Shown: positions 9,296-19,900 of the stretch, in pieces | Layout: the number at the start of each line of letters is the position of its first letter | Numbering within the stretch: the stretch's first letter is position 1 | Source: Giardia intestinalis | Lineage: Eukaryota | Reading direction: 5' to 3' (one strand) | Assembly (NCBI GenBank): GCA_000002435.2 | Contig: CM018792.1 | Length of the DNA: 64,000 nt | Program-made: the position numbers and the translations under genes | Notes under the pieces: model-generated | Database searches by the model: none | Told to the model about the DNA's origin: nothing | The model's input: the letters and a program-made list of their open reading frames with translations, nothing else

Positions 9296-11444
9296 ACAGT
9301 ATAAAGACTCCAAATGGACCACTTTGATCAAGCCGGCATCCATATACATTAATGCCCAGCTTGTATTTCCGGAGCTGCAGGTTTGCGAAGCTGACCCATC
9401 CTCTGGCTCTGAGCCCGTCATCCACCTTTACACAATGATGGATCTCACTGATTGCGGGTCTAACGAGACTTTTCAGAAGATATTCCTGACTTTTAAAGAA
9501 GAGGACAATGGTGCCGATGTTTATACTACCGTCGAGTGCAGTAAGCTACTTGCACGCGACGGGAGCGAAGCACCTGTAGATAAGAAGATCAACCTATTTA
9601 AGTCTATATTGGCGTCCGCAACGCACATCAAGGCAGACTTAACCAAGCCTTACGTTTCTTCTCTTCCTGCTCCATACGGGCTTCCGCAGTCTTACGATTT
9701 TGCTAAGGAGTATTCTGCCATCAGCGTCTTCCTTGGCCGGGATGAGGGTCGAAATCGTATCGGTGAATATGCTGTTCTAGCACTAGCATCAGGGTCGGCA
9801 CTGGAAGAGAAGGGGCTCAAATTTGGAACGGGCAGAGTGCCATCGGCGTACCTTTCAGCACACTGGCTCGTTGTTGATGTGGGGGAATCAGGAACAACGG
9901 CGATCCCAATACTGCCAGATCTAATCTTTGAAATACTAGCTGATGAGCGGCAGTTTTCGATAGCTTTACCATATACGGCACTCAGCCAGCAGGCCACTAA
10001 GGCAAAATTCCTTCCTCTAGCATTCGTCTTTTCTGAGGGGGCAGAATTTCAGGAGTTTTCTGAGAACTTTGCAAAGTACTTTTCACTTGCGGCCCGCAAG
10101 GAAGCCGGCTACAAGATAGATGCAAAAGACGCCCAAGACGACAACCAGTTTGTTTCGACGGCGTTCTGCCCACAACGGAAGCCGAGGAAGTCTTCGAAGA
10201 GTGTTCCAATCGTTGAGGCAAATAGTGATAGCGATGACTGCAGCGATGTTGAATCTATGGACGGCCAAGCGGGTGGCAACGGGATCATGAAGACCCCCTT
10301 AGAGAAAGTAGAGCCCGGGAAGATGGAGGCAGGCTACTTAGACCCTAAACTCTTAAACTATAAGGATCCAGCGCATAGCAGCGCACTTCTGAAGAACCAT
10401 CTGGTGGCACAGTTCTTGTTTCAAGGCTCAACGGCAGTGGTGTCTCGAGACGATGCCCTCGAGCTCTGCCATGTTCAGCCAAAGTTGCGCACCGAATCCC
10501 TCCAGCTCAGAGACAAGTTTGGGAGCATCCTTGCACCGGGGGCTCTGCGCTTTGGCACGAATGTCGAGTGTCTATTATCCACTAGCCTTTCGTGCCCGGA
10601 GGATCAGAGAGACATAATTTACAGAAAGGACTTCCAGCGGCCGGATGCGTTGCAGTACTACACGGCGACGGACACAGGCATAGACTATCATCCTGAAATT
10701 GTAGACTTCGACACAGGAAAGGCTGGAGCCAGTAGTGTTGGCGCATGCTCCATAGACCCGTCGAACGCCATCGTTGTCCTGACAAAGATGGGTGTGCATA
10801 TGCTTGACACGCGGATAGCAGGGAGCTCGCAGCGCTCTGGCGTGTCGTACTCGTACAAGTCCAGTGTACGCTTCTCCGCCATTTTGGTCACTCCGAAGGG
10901 CCATGTGGTCACAGGGTCCATGGCGGGGGAGATACGCATATTCAACAAAATGGGGCAGCGTGCTCTAACATGCTACCCGGGGATAGGTTACCCCATTACT
11001 CATCTGGCAATTACAGGGGATGAGAAGTGGTTGCTGGCGACTGCCCAGACCATTCTGCTAGTATACCCCACGACTACGGCTGACGGGGAGCACTCGTGCT
11101 TTTCGGGGCATGGAATCCCAGGCGACAAGCGACCAAAGCCGATTATCTTGCGTCTTTCTCCAGAGACTGCTCAGGAGATCGGCGCAACAACTGAGTCTGG
11201 CCTCAGGCCTGCGACCTTCTCCCTAGATGAGGCAGAGATAATCACCGGAACGGAGAAGTACCTAATAATCTGGAACTTCGACAAGGTGAAGGCCGGGGTT
11301 GTGAGCTCCAGCCGGGCGTGCACCAAGATCGCCCTCGGCAGCCAGCTGATCGGCGCCGGGATGGGGGTCCTGGGGCAGATAGCCGTTGGAACGGACAGCG
11401 ACTTCCGCATCGTCAAGCACGCCCGTCGAACCCGGAAAAGGTAA
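9246..11444 (+). CDS. Hypothetical protein, possibly VID27-like (C-terminal beta-propeller-like region)
   Basis: This is a 730-aa ORF. The track start at 9222 is GTG. In-frame ATGs lie at 9246, 9270 and 9435. The C-terminal segment GEIRIFNKMGQRALTCYPGIGYPITHLAITGDEKWLLATAQTILLVYPT resembles the VID27 C-terminal repeat region (recalled, not verified). Confidence 0.5.
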   Translation: MKEKSRPAMAHILGQAKQYKDSKWTTLIKPASIYINAQLVFPELQVCEADPSSGSEPVIHLYTMMDLTDCGSNETFQKIFLTFKEEDNGADVYTTVECSKLLARDGSEAPVDKKINLFKSILASATHIKADLTKPYVSSLPAPYGLPQSYDFAKEYSAISVFLGRDEGRNRIGEYAVLALASGSALEEKGLKFGTGRVPSAYLSAHWLVVDVGESGTTAIPILPDLIFEILADERQFSIALPYTALSQQATKAKFLPLAFVFSEGAEFQEFSENFAKYFSLAARKEAGYKIDAKDAQDDNQFVSTAFCPQRKPRKSSKSVPIVEANSDSDDCSDVESMDGQAGGNGIMKTPLEKVEPGKMEAGYLDPKLLNYKDPAHSSALLKNHLVAQFLFQGSTAVVSRDDALELCHVQPKLRTESLQLRDKFGSILAPGALRFGTNVECLLSTSLSCPEDQRDIIYRKDFQRPDALQYYTATDTGIDYHPEIVDFDTGKAGASSVGACSIDPSNAIVVLTKMGVHMLDTRIAGSSQRSGVSYSYKSSVRFSAILVTPKGHVVTGSMAGEIRIFNKMGQRALTCYPGIGYPITHLAITGDEKWLLATAQTILLVYPTTTADGEHSCFSGHGIPGDKRPKPIILRLSPETAQEIGATTESGLRPATFSLDEAEIITGTEKYLIIWNFDKVKAGVVSSSRACTKIALGSQLIGAGMGVLGQIAVGTDSDFRIVKHARRTRKR

Positions 11445-11446
11445 AT

Positions 11447-11453
11447 ATTCACT
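11447..11453 (-). promoter_or_regulatory. AGTGAAT poly(A) signal, 8 nt downstream of the gdh stop
   Basis: The minus strand reads TGAgggctgaAGTGAAT, which matches AGTRAAY. Confidence 0.5.
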
Positions 11454-11460
11454 TCAGCCC

Positions 11461-12810
11461 TCACACGCAGCCCTGCTCGATCATAGAGTCTGCGACCTTC
11501 AGGAACCCGGCGATGTTCGCGCCCATCTGGTAGTTCTTGGGGTGCCCATACTTCTTGGCAGTGTCGCGGCAGGCGACGAAGATGCCCCTCATGATGCCGC
11601 GGAGCTTCTGGTCGACCTCCTCAGCCGTCCACTGGAGCCTCACGGAATTCTGGGACATCTCGAGGCCGGAGACAGAGACACCGCCCGCGTTGCTGGCCTT
11701 GGCGGGTCCGTACATCACGCCCTTGGCGTGATAGACGTGAACAGCCTCTGCCGTGGAGGGCATGTTCGCACCCTCGGCCACGAACTTGAGGCCGAGGCCG
11801 ACCAGGCGCGTCGCATCGTCCCCGGAAACCTCGTTCTGAGTGGCGCAAGGCATGATGCAATCCACCTGGCCCTCGAAGCACTCCCAAGGCTTCTTGCCCT
11901 CGTAGTACGCGACGCTGGGATACTTGTCCTTGAACTCGGAAACACGCCCACGCTTCTCGTTCTTGAGGTACATGAGGTGGGCCAGCTTCTCCTCGTTGAA
12001 CCCGTCCTTGTCGACAATGGTCCCGTTGGAGTCTGAGAAGGTGAGGACCTTTGCGCCGAGCTGAATGAGCTTCTCGCAAGCAAACTGGGCAACGTTGCCG
12101 GAGCCAGAAAGAAGGACGTTCTTACCCCTGATCACAGTGTTGTTGTCCTTGCACATCTCCTCCAGGAAGTAGACAGCGCCATAGCCCGTGGCCTCCGGCC
12201 TGATGAAAGACCCGCCCCACTTGACGTTCTTGCCTGTGAGGACGCCTGTGAACTCGTTCCTCAGGCGCTTGTACTGTCCGTACAGGTACCCGATCTCGCG
12301 GGCGCCGACGCCGATGTCGCCGGCAGGAACGTCAGTGTCGGCGCCGACGTGCCTCTGGAGCTCGGTCATGAAGGACTGGCAGAAGCGCATGACCTCGTTG
12401 TCGGACTTGCCCTTTGGGTCAAAGTCGGAGCCGCCCTTGCCGCCGCCCATCGGGAGCGTGGTGAGGGAGTTCTTCAGGATCTGCTCGAAACCGAGGAACT
12501 TGAGAATCGAAAGATTGACAGAGGGGTGGAAGCGGAGGCCACCCTTGTAGGGGCCGAGAGCAGAGTTGTACTGGACACGGAAGCCGCGGTTGACGTTGAT
12601 GCGTCCAGCGTCATCCATCCAGGGCACGCGGAAGATGATGACGCGCTCCGGCTCAAGCATCCTCTCGAAGATTGGGATATACTTCGGCTCGCGCTCGAAG
12701 ATAACCTTGAGGGAGTCCACGACCTCCTCGACGGCCTGGCGGAACTCCGTCATGTGGCCATCCCTCTGCTTGATCACCGCGATGAGCTCCTCGATCGTCT
12801 GGGCAGGCAT
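11461..12810 (-). CDS. gdh: NADP-specific glutamate dehydrogenase
   Basis: The 449-aa protein carries the GDH active-site region LPMGGGKGGSDFDPKGKSD and the dinucleotide fold GSGNVAQ. The N-terminus MPAQTIEELIAVIKQRDGHMTEF matches my recollection of Giardia GDH. The ATG is preceded by attttaaa. Confidence 0.95.
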   Translation of the reverse strand: MPAQTIEELIAVIKQRDGHMTEFRQAVEEVVDSLKVIFEREPKYIPIFERMLEPERVIIFRVPWMDDAGRINVNRGFRVQYNSALGPYKGGLRFHPSVNLSILKFLGFEQILKNSLTTLPMGGGKGGSDFDPKGKSDNEVMRFCQSFMTELQRHVGADTDVPAGDIGVGAREIGYLYGQYKRLRNEFTGVLTGKNVKWGGSFIRPEATGYGAVYFLEEMCKDNNTVIRGKNVLLSGSGNVAQFACEKLIQLGAKVLTFSDSNGTIVDKDGFNEEKLAHLMYLKNEKRGRVSEFKDKYPSVAYYEGKKPWECFEGQVDCIMPCATQNEVSGDDATRLVGLGLKFVAEGANMPSTAEAVHVYHAKGVMYGPAKASNAGGVSVSGLEMSQNSVRLQWTAEEVDQKLRGIMRGIFVACRDTAKKYGHPKNYQMGANIAGFLKVADSMIEQGCV

Positions 12811-12818
12811 TTTAAAAT
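12811..12818 (-). promoter_or_regulatory. AT-rich initiator element immediately upstream of the gdh ATG
   Basis: The minus strand reads attttaaaATG. Similar AT-rich stretches abut most ATGs in this window. Confidence 0.45.
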
Positions 12819-12975
12819 CTGGGGCGCCTGTAATTAAAGGCGTTATTTGTGGTCAGCTTTTCAAGAACAGCCATCTCCCCCGAAGGTCCTCGGGAGCCCC
12901 CGGCTCTCTACGCGCACACTTGTTCCGTAACCCTCAGAATAAGTTTGACCGGTATACTTTTAGTTTGTGGACATT

Positions 12976-13878
12976 CTATAAGCGATAAGTAAAGGATGCA
13001 GACAGCGGAGACGAGAACGACGACGTGAAGCTTGTGTGTGGGTTGTTTCTGGAGCTCTTTTGCAGCGCCTTGAAGGCGATGTCCATCAGATGAACGGCTT
13101 CGAATGAAAGCACTATTACATCAACCAGTGTGATAGGAATCGGCAGAGAAGTGTAGATAGGGAATTTTGCCATCGTTCTTGCATCGAATGTTCCCAAAAT
13201 TCCCAATAAATAGAGTAGCAGAACCAGCGGAGGGCCAACCACTTTCCCAGTCGTTGCATCCACAGCCAAGATTGCCGAGACCAACGAAAGAACAACGATA
13301 GATGGGCCTTCATCGCCCGCGAGCGTGGCCGTCTCCTTGCGGATGGCTTTCGCGGAGATGAAGATGGCAGGAATGAGCAGTGTAACGAAATAGGCTGTTA
13401 CCGCATGACACACTTGCCGCAGCAGGCTCTTTCGCTTAATGCAATAGACTTCTACAATCCAAATTTGAGCCAGATTGCAACCAAAGATTAAAACAAGGAG
13501 ACTGTCCAGTAATATTGTAGCTTTGGCGAGAAAAAGCGCCGGCCACACAGTGACGAGAATGTGCTTCACCAGGTCGACTCCGTTGTAAATGACATTCCAC
13601 CGTAGCTTCATGTGCTCACCACGCAGCTGTAAGGCAGGCGCCAAGGCAGAGAGCGCAAGCACTGGGTACTCCAGGTACCAGTACCAATTACTTGGAGTCA
13701 CAAGCGTTGGATGGTCCCTGATTGCCCTTCTGCGGGCGTAGTCAAACGCTGCTGTGGAAAGCATCCCAGCAACAACCATTCCTAGAGATATAATCGGTAG
13801 GACATGGTTTGCGATGGACCGCCGTGGCTTCTCTATGATGAACTCCGGGGTGCTCATAATAACAGATGTCTCGTGCAT
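12976..13878 (-). CDS. Hypothetical multi-pass membrane protein (300 aa)
   Basis: An ATG-initiated ORF contains at least 6 hydrophobic helices (LPIISLGMVVAGML, YPVLALSALAPAL, LLDSLLVLIFGC, AYFVTLLIPAIFI and others). No family motif was recognised. Confidence 0.5.
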   Translation of the reverse strand: MHETSVIMSTPEFIIEKPRRSIANHVLPIISLGMVVAGMLSTAAFDYARRRAIRDHPTLVTPSNWYWYLEYPVLALSALAPALQLRGEHMKLRWNVIYNGVDLVKHILVTVWPALFLAKATILLDSLLVLIFGCNLAQIWIVEVYCIKRKSLLRQVCHAVTAYFVTLLIPAIFISAKAIRKETATLAGDEGPSIVVLSLVSAILAVDATTGKVVGPPLVLLLYLLGILGTFDARTMAKFPIYTSLPIPITLVDVIVLSFEAVHLMDIAFKALQKSSRNNPHTSFTSSFSSPLSASFTYRL

Positions 13879-13937
13879 TTTACATCTGCTGTACTGATAT
13901 TCGCAAGGATCATACGTTTACATTGCTAAGGATCGCA

Positions 13938-16900
13938 TCACAGGAAATAAAACGCAGACCCGTCCCACATCATGTCACCTTCGTCCATACCTTGGGCAAA
14001 TCCGAGGAACGTGCTACGCGAATCATCGAGGAATACCGGAATGCCTGCCAAGTGAGCTACGCTTGCCGCGGGCTCAAGGGTCAGGAAGAGGGTTGAAATG
14101 CCGCCACTGGGTGATTTCTGGATCACATCATGGTCGGCTACGAATAAGAATGACCTGACCGTTACTGATACCGTGCTGCTAGCAGCCACTGTCGTGAAGC
14201 ACGCGGCCATCTCTCCAGATCCAGATGCACCTGGACTTCCTTGACTCAATAGGTCTTGGAACAAGGCAGCAAAACACTGATGTGCGTTAGACCCAAGCTT
14301 CAGAGGCAGCAACGTAATGGTGTCGTCGTTACCAGTTTGCATAGCCTCAAGCACATCTGTGCAATACTGGTATTGATCTACGAGAAGTGAGACATGCTGT
14401 AGCGCATCCTCATTGAGCAAGCGTTGTAGTTCATCGAGAGCAGTGGGGCCCTTCTCTGCTGCATGCATGTAGGCTAGCAGCGTGGTCCTTGCTGCACATT
14501 TGACCTTAAAGATTGCAAGAGAAAATGAGCTCCACCTATGTGAAGAGGTAAGAGTGGCGCTTACCTCCTCTACCTGCTGAAGGCTTTTTCGAATGCTTAA
14601 GAGCTTACTGATAATCGCGCTCACAATGCTCATAGTTATGCAAGAACTGCTATCCGGGTCTTTTGTGCTTTTATATCCCACTCTTCCTAAAATGACCTGG
14701 TGCAGATCATCGACTTTCTTTTGCTGTGCAGCTGTCATTATTCCGTCCAGGGCCTCGTTCAGGAAGACCCCTGTACACGACTCCACCATTGTGGGCAATG
14801 CATCCATATTAACTATCTTGTCAATAAGCCTTTTTGCTATGACCTTATCGTGTAGAGCTGAAATCCTATTCCCAAAACAAATCTCATGGAGCAATTTTTC
14901 AAAGAACTGATTGGCAAAGGGACAGAACGACTTGTTATCCTTGGCGAGCTGTGCTGCAAACTCTTTCACAAGAAGCTCTATGGCGTAGCGCAGATCCACA
15001 GATGTGAAGGAGTAGCTTCCAGAAAAGCCGTATGGCCTCATGCTTGCCCTCAGTTTGAAGATAACGAATATGTATGTTAGCTTATCAAGAAGGCATTTGA
15101 ACTCTGAATCAAAGAATTGGCCAGCCTGCTGAGCCTCAGAATCGACTTCAGTAGCCTCTGCAGAAGGCGTGGTGGTATTAAGGATAATACTGGTCTGCTT
15201 GAGCGCTATTTGCCTTGCATCTAGCCTAGTTTGCTCATATAGAGCCACCGGGTTGAGCTCCTTTTGCGATAAAAAGGAGACACAGCCCAGTGACGTGGCT
15301 AAAGACCGCATTTCCTCTGTTAGGCTATTGTCATCTGCACCCTGGATTGAGATGATAATCGAGATGTTATTGCTGTAGGTCTTAAGGTGGCTCTGTATAA
15401 CCTTGCAAAGATCTTCACAGTATGAGGCAGAGGCCAGATGCATGTTGGTCAATAGGATAATATCACGGTCTCGAGCTGCCTTGAGGATACCAGCAATCTT
15501 TGAAATGTGTGCGTCAGGGACCCCGAAGGGAACTGAGTGCACCAGCGGTCCGTGGTTGGCGTCCGCTTTTACGTCTTGAATCACTGCCTGAACAATGCTC
15601 TTTGGATCAGTATTCTCAATAATGTTGAGGAGCATGCAATGGGTATGCTTTTGATAGAACGAATAGTACTCTGTGAAGGTTGTGTGCGACCGAAGCTTTA
15701 GTTCTTTGCGCGTTACTGCTTTTGGCGCCTCCGATGTCGCTATCTCTTTCAGAAACTTATAAGTGGCATCTCGTGCAGTCAGGGTCAGCGACGACTGGGT
15801 GTTATCGTAGCATAGCTCTATGAAAATAATGAGCAAGTCAGAGTAGTTCTTCGCAGCCAGCGTCGTGAATCTCTCCAGGGCTGCATCTAAAATAAACAAC
15901 ATCTGCTCCAGGTTAAAGAGAAAGCCCGGCTCTAGGTCCCGCAGATGTCGTAGTACGGAAAATATCCGAGCTAGAACTGTTGTGCAATCGTGTAGTTCGT
16001 CCTTGAAGGCATCATAGCTTTTCTTCTGGTGTCTGAGTGTCTCTATTTGCGTATTAATTTGTCTGTATCGGGCCTTGGTAGCTTGTAGATGAGATATTAA
16101 GCCGGTATTTGTCAAGATGGAGCTATGGTCAACTGCACTTAGAGTACAAAGTAACTCTTTTTCCAGCGAGACGATAGTCTTCGCGTGGGTCGACAAGTCC
16201 TGCTCTATTTTCTGTTGCACAGAGTACAGATCGGGATGCAGGTATTCAATTAAGTGGTTGCACAATATCTCAAATATTTTCTCATCACTATGAGCAAAGT
16301 TTATCACGGTACACTTTGCCGCAAAATGGATTGCGCGCCCAACTACCTGACATAAAACAATTGCACCAAAATCTGGGTGGACAGGAATGACAACGCCTCC
16401 CAACTCTACAATAAAGGATCTTCTAGCGTCAGGAGATGAATTAGTGGGCAAACTAGTAGACGTAGCTGGCTCTTCTACGACTCGATGTAACACAAAAAGG
16501 GCTGGATCCAAAGAGTCGCCATCTTCTATGATCAGAGTGAAGCCAAACTTCAATGCCCGCTCCACAGAGGCCATCAAGTCGTCTGCAAGTGCAGATACCA
16601 TGATATGCTTTTTATACGTAGCCCTGAGATGGTCTAAATCTCCCTTGGTGTAGTCAAACAACAAAACGGGCGTTACCGGAGACAGAACCCTCTCTATAAG
16701 AATGTGGTTTGACAATGAACCTCTGAGGCAAAGAGCCGTCCCGTTACTGTACGAAATAGACAAGGCATCGAGTATCTCTTCTGCAAACGTGGCGAGCTCA
16801 ATCCTCAAGTTGTCGGTGTAGGACCCGGCATAAGTCTCGTAAAACGCTTCCAGGAGCACGTCTCCCATAAGTTTGTCCAAGATGTGCTCAGACCCAGCCT

Positions 16901-19900
16901 GCTGCTCAGTCCACCGCTTAATTTCGTCAGAGAGCAACTCAGTGATGATAGTTGCCTGCTTGGTGTTGTTCTCACACTCGTCTGCCTGGTTTTGCAGCCG
17001 AATTTGGTGGGCTTCACATTCGCTACACTCCGCTGTCAAGCTATCAATATTCTTCTCCATTTCGACAAGCTCCACCATAATTTCGGCTCTTCTTATTTCC
17101 AGACCACTAGCCTCCTCCTTAATTTGAAGAAGCGCCTGCTCAAGCGGTTGGACCTTAGCCTTTATCTTCAGAAATCCATAAATGCTCATGACCCAATCGA
17201 ACAGGAAGCCAGCCGGCTGAGAGGCGTGGCTGACAATATCTTTTTTGAAGGTGGGATTGGACTGGTATTCTGCCAAACGCTCCAGCCGATAAGCAGCGTG
17301 CTCATCCTCAGCAGGATTATACATCAGAATGGAGGATTGAAAGTTGTTTCTCTGCATTATTTTACGGACGGCCTCCCAGCTTGTGTTAATTCCTGCGATT
17401 GTAGGAGATATAATGATGACTACCGCAGCCATAACTAGAGTTATTGCCTCTGCTGGCCTGGCCATTCGTCGAATCTCCTCTAGGGCAGCCTTGCTTATTG
17501 TGCGAATGGAGCCTCGGGCTGCTACAAGTGCAGGCTCTGCTTCGGCCAACTCCGACTGCACAGACTCCATGCGTGCCTGAATGTACTCATGCTTCTGTGT
17601 GATTTCGGTCGAAAGCTTCACTGACTCGGCCTTACTTGCCATGGTAATCTCTCTCAGCTTAATAACCTCAGACAGCTTCTCCTGAGTGAGTACGGTCATC
17701 TCTGCGAGCTTCTCCTTCTTTGTGCATAGCTCTTCCTGGAGCTCGCTGACGCGTCCCTGCACGATGTCTAATATCTCCAAGCCTTTTACCAGATGGTTCT
17801 GCTGAGAGCAGAAATCTGTGTACACCTGCAGGTACAGTAGTGCAAACCGTGTGCACAATCTCTCGTAATGAAGCAAGGAGTGGAAGGTAATAGATCGCGC
17901 CACATGACTAGTTTTCAACATCTCGGGTAGAGAAAGAGATCCAACAACATCGTGGTACTGCTGCACAATCGAAGGCGCCCTTTCGTGAAGCAAGGCTAGT
18001 GCAGCACAGAGGCGCTGCTGAGGCCCCAAGCCCTGTGCTGCGATGGTGAGCGTGTCTTGAATTTCTAAGACGCTATCGTCTTGCTGCTGCTTTAGAATAT
18101 CAAGCAGCTGCTGAGTTTCTGTAGATACCCGATCACATGCCTCTATGCTCTGCTGAAGCATTGGCTCTGTATCTGTGACCCGTCCGAGACAGTCGGAGAC
18201 AGACTTCGGGAACGCCAAGGCCTGGACATGCCCTGTCCCCTTAAGAACTAGGAAGTAGATAGGCATCCTACTAATACTAATCAATTGGCATCTGTTATAC
18301 AAAGCTGGACTGAAAGTTATGCCGGAGCCCTCAAGGGTTGAGCTGACTACAAAGAGTATATGGAGCTTTTGCTTGACCATCTGCTGTAATTGGGCCAGAT
18401 CTGAGAGACCTGCTAACGAGATAGTCTTGTGAAGCTGTGCTTTGGTTAAAAATCCAGTCACATCTCCATTACACAAGAGATTGTTTAGATGCTCTAGGAA
18501 GTTGATAGGAAGACCAGTTTCGTAAGAAATAACAACCAAGACATTGCCAGGTTTTGTTACCGCGGCTTCAATAGCGCCCCTGAGGAACTCCCGGAAATCT
18601 GTAAGGGAGTATCTTTTGACTGTTTTGAGCTCAAAGATGGTTGATTCAGAGAGCCACGCCAGGAACTGGAGCAGAGAGGCGTCAAAAACCCCTGGCTCAG
18701 CACTTATAATAAGGTGTCCATGTGGGGTGTTTAGGGTGCGCATAATGTGATAGATGGGATCGCTAACAAACTCCATGTGTGATAGTGTCAGCGTATTCGC
18801 TGATTTATTATGGTATTTAGAGAACAAGTAGCAAAGATTAGACCATGCCTCTTGTTCTGTCAAAATGGAGGCAAAGTGGGTAGCTGAATCAGTCAGCGAA
18901 GCCCCTGATGTTATATTGAACTTAAAGTTCTTCTGAAGAAGGAGCGTATTAAAGGTTGATAGCTCTAACATAGGATTGTCGGCGGTCCAGGTGCACAGAG
19001 CCTTGGAGAGAGACTCCAGAAATCCGTGAAGTGACCTTGCTAGAATGGCGATTGTTGCTTTCTTTTCTGGTTGAGTCATCAGTTTGGTTGAAAAGATAGC
19101 TGACCCCTCGTATAGAATGAGTTGGACAAACCTCTTGCATGAGAAGACCCCAGTAGCATCAGTAAGCTGATAAGATCCATAATGGTCTTTAACGGAAGCA
19201 ATCCACCGCGTCAGATCTCTGGGGGAGTAGACAGAGGAACTGTGCTCTCGGTCTGCGGCTGCAGCAATCTGTTCATAAGCAGAAACCATTGCGGATGCCA
19301 GGGAAATTGAGAGGGAGGTGGTGGTGTCAGGAGTCAGAACGCTCAACAAGTTTGATTCGGTCAGAATGTCCGCAAGCATGTCGTCAGTATAGGCGGTGTA
19401 TATGCTCAGGAGCGCTGCATGACTAGGATGGTCCAGATACAGCGTAGATATCTGCCTCATAAATCTCTCACTTAGAAGAGACCGTCCTGCATCTGTTGGG
19501 GGATTACAACTGCAGGCAATAATTATGTTAAATGGTAAGACAATGACTGCGGATGTTTCCAGTGGAGACTCTTTTGCTTCGTGGGCACCGGGCTTCTTTT
19601 TATCCTTGGAGCCTGGAAGAACCCCGTCATATATGAAGTATCTATGCTCTAAAAGGAAACGAAGAAACTCTATTACGGGTTGATTGTCAAAACAATCTTT
19701 ATCAACCAGGTTAATCTCGTCTATGATCAGGCAGAAGGTCTGTCTTGCCGGAGAGACCAATATGTAGTGATCGTCCTCTGGAACCACATCGAAATGATTG
19801 AAGAAAATAGAAATTAAATCGTCTGGAGAGGTCTGTGATGAAAAGGAGGTGAAAACAACGCGCAAGTTGGGGTTCTGATTCAATATATGCGTCAGAAGTA

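Noticed and set aside
11386-12092. Long antisense ORFs inside confident genes. Examples: 11386..12036(+), 11621..12079(-) and 11715..12092(-) within gdh; 36328..36873(+) within RPS4; 61003..61686(-) and 61077..61340(+) across H3; and many 60-110-aa ORFs inside the dynein and HCMP genes.
   Set aside because: They overlap well-supported genes on the opposite strand or in other frames. Their products are Arg/Pro/Ala-rich and low-complexity. They are the expected by-product of GC-rich, codon-biased coding sequence.
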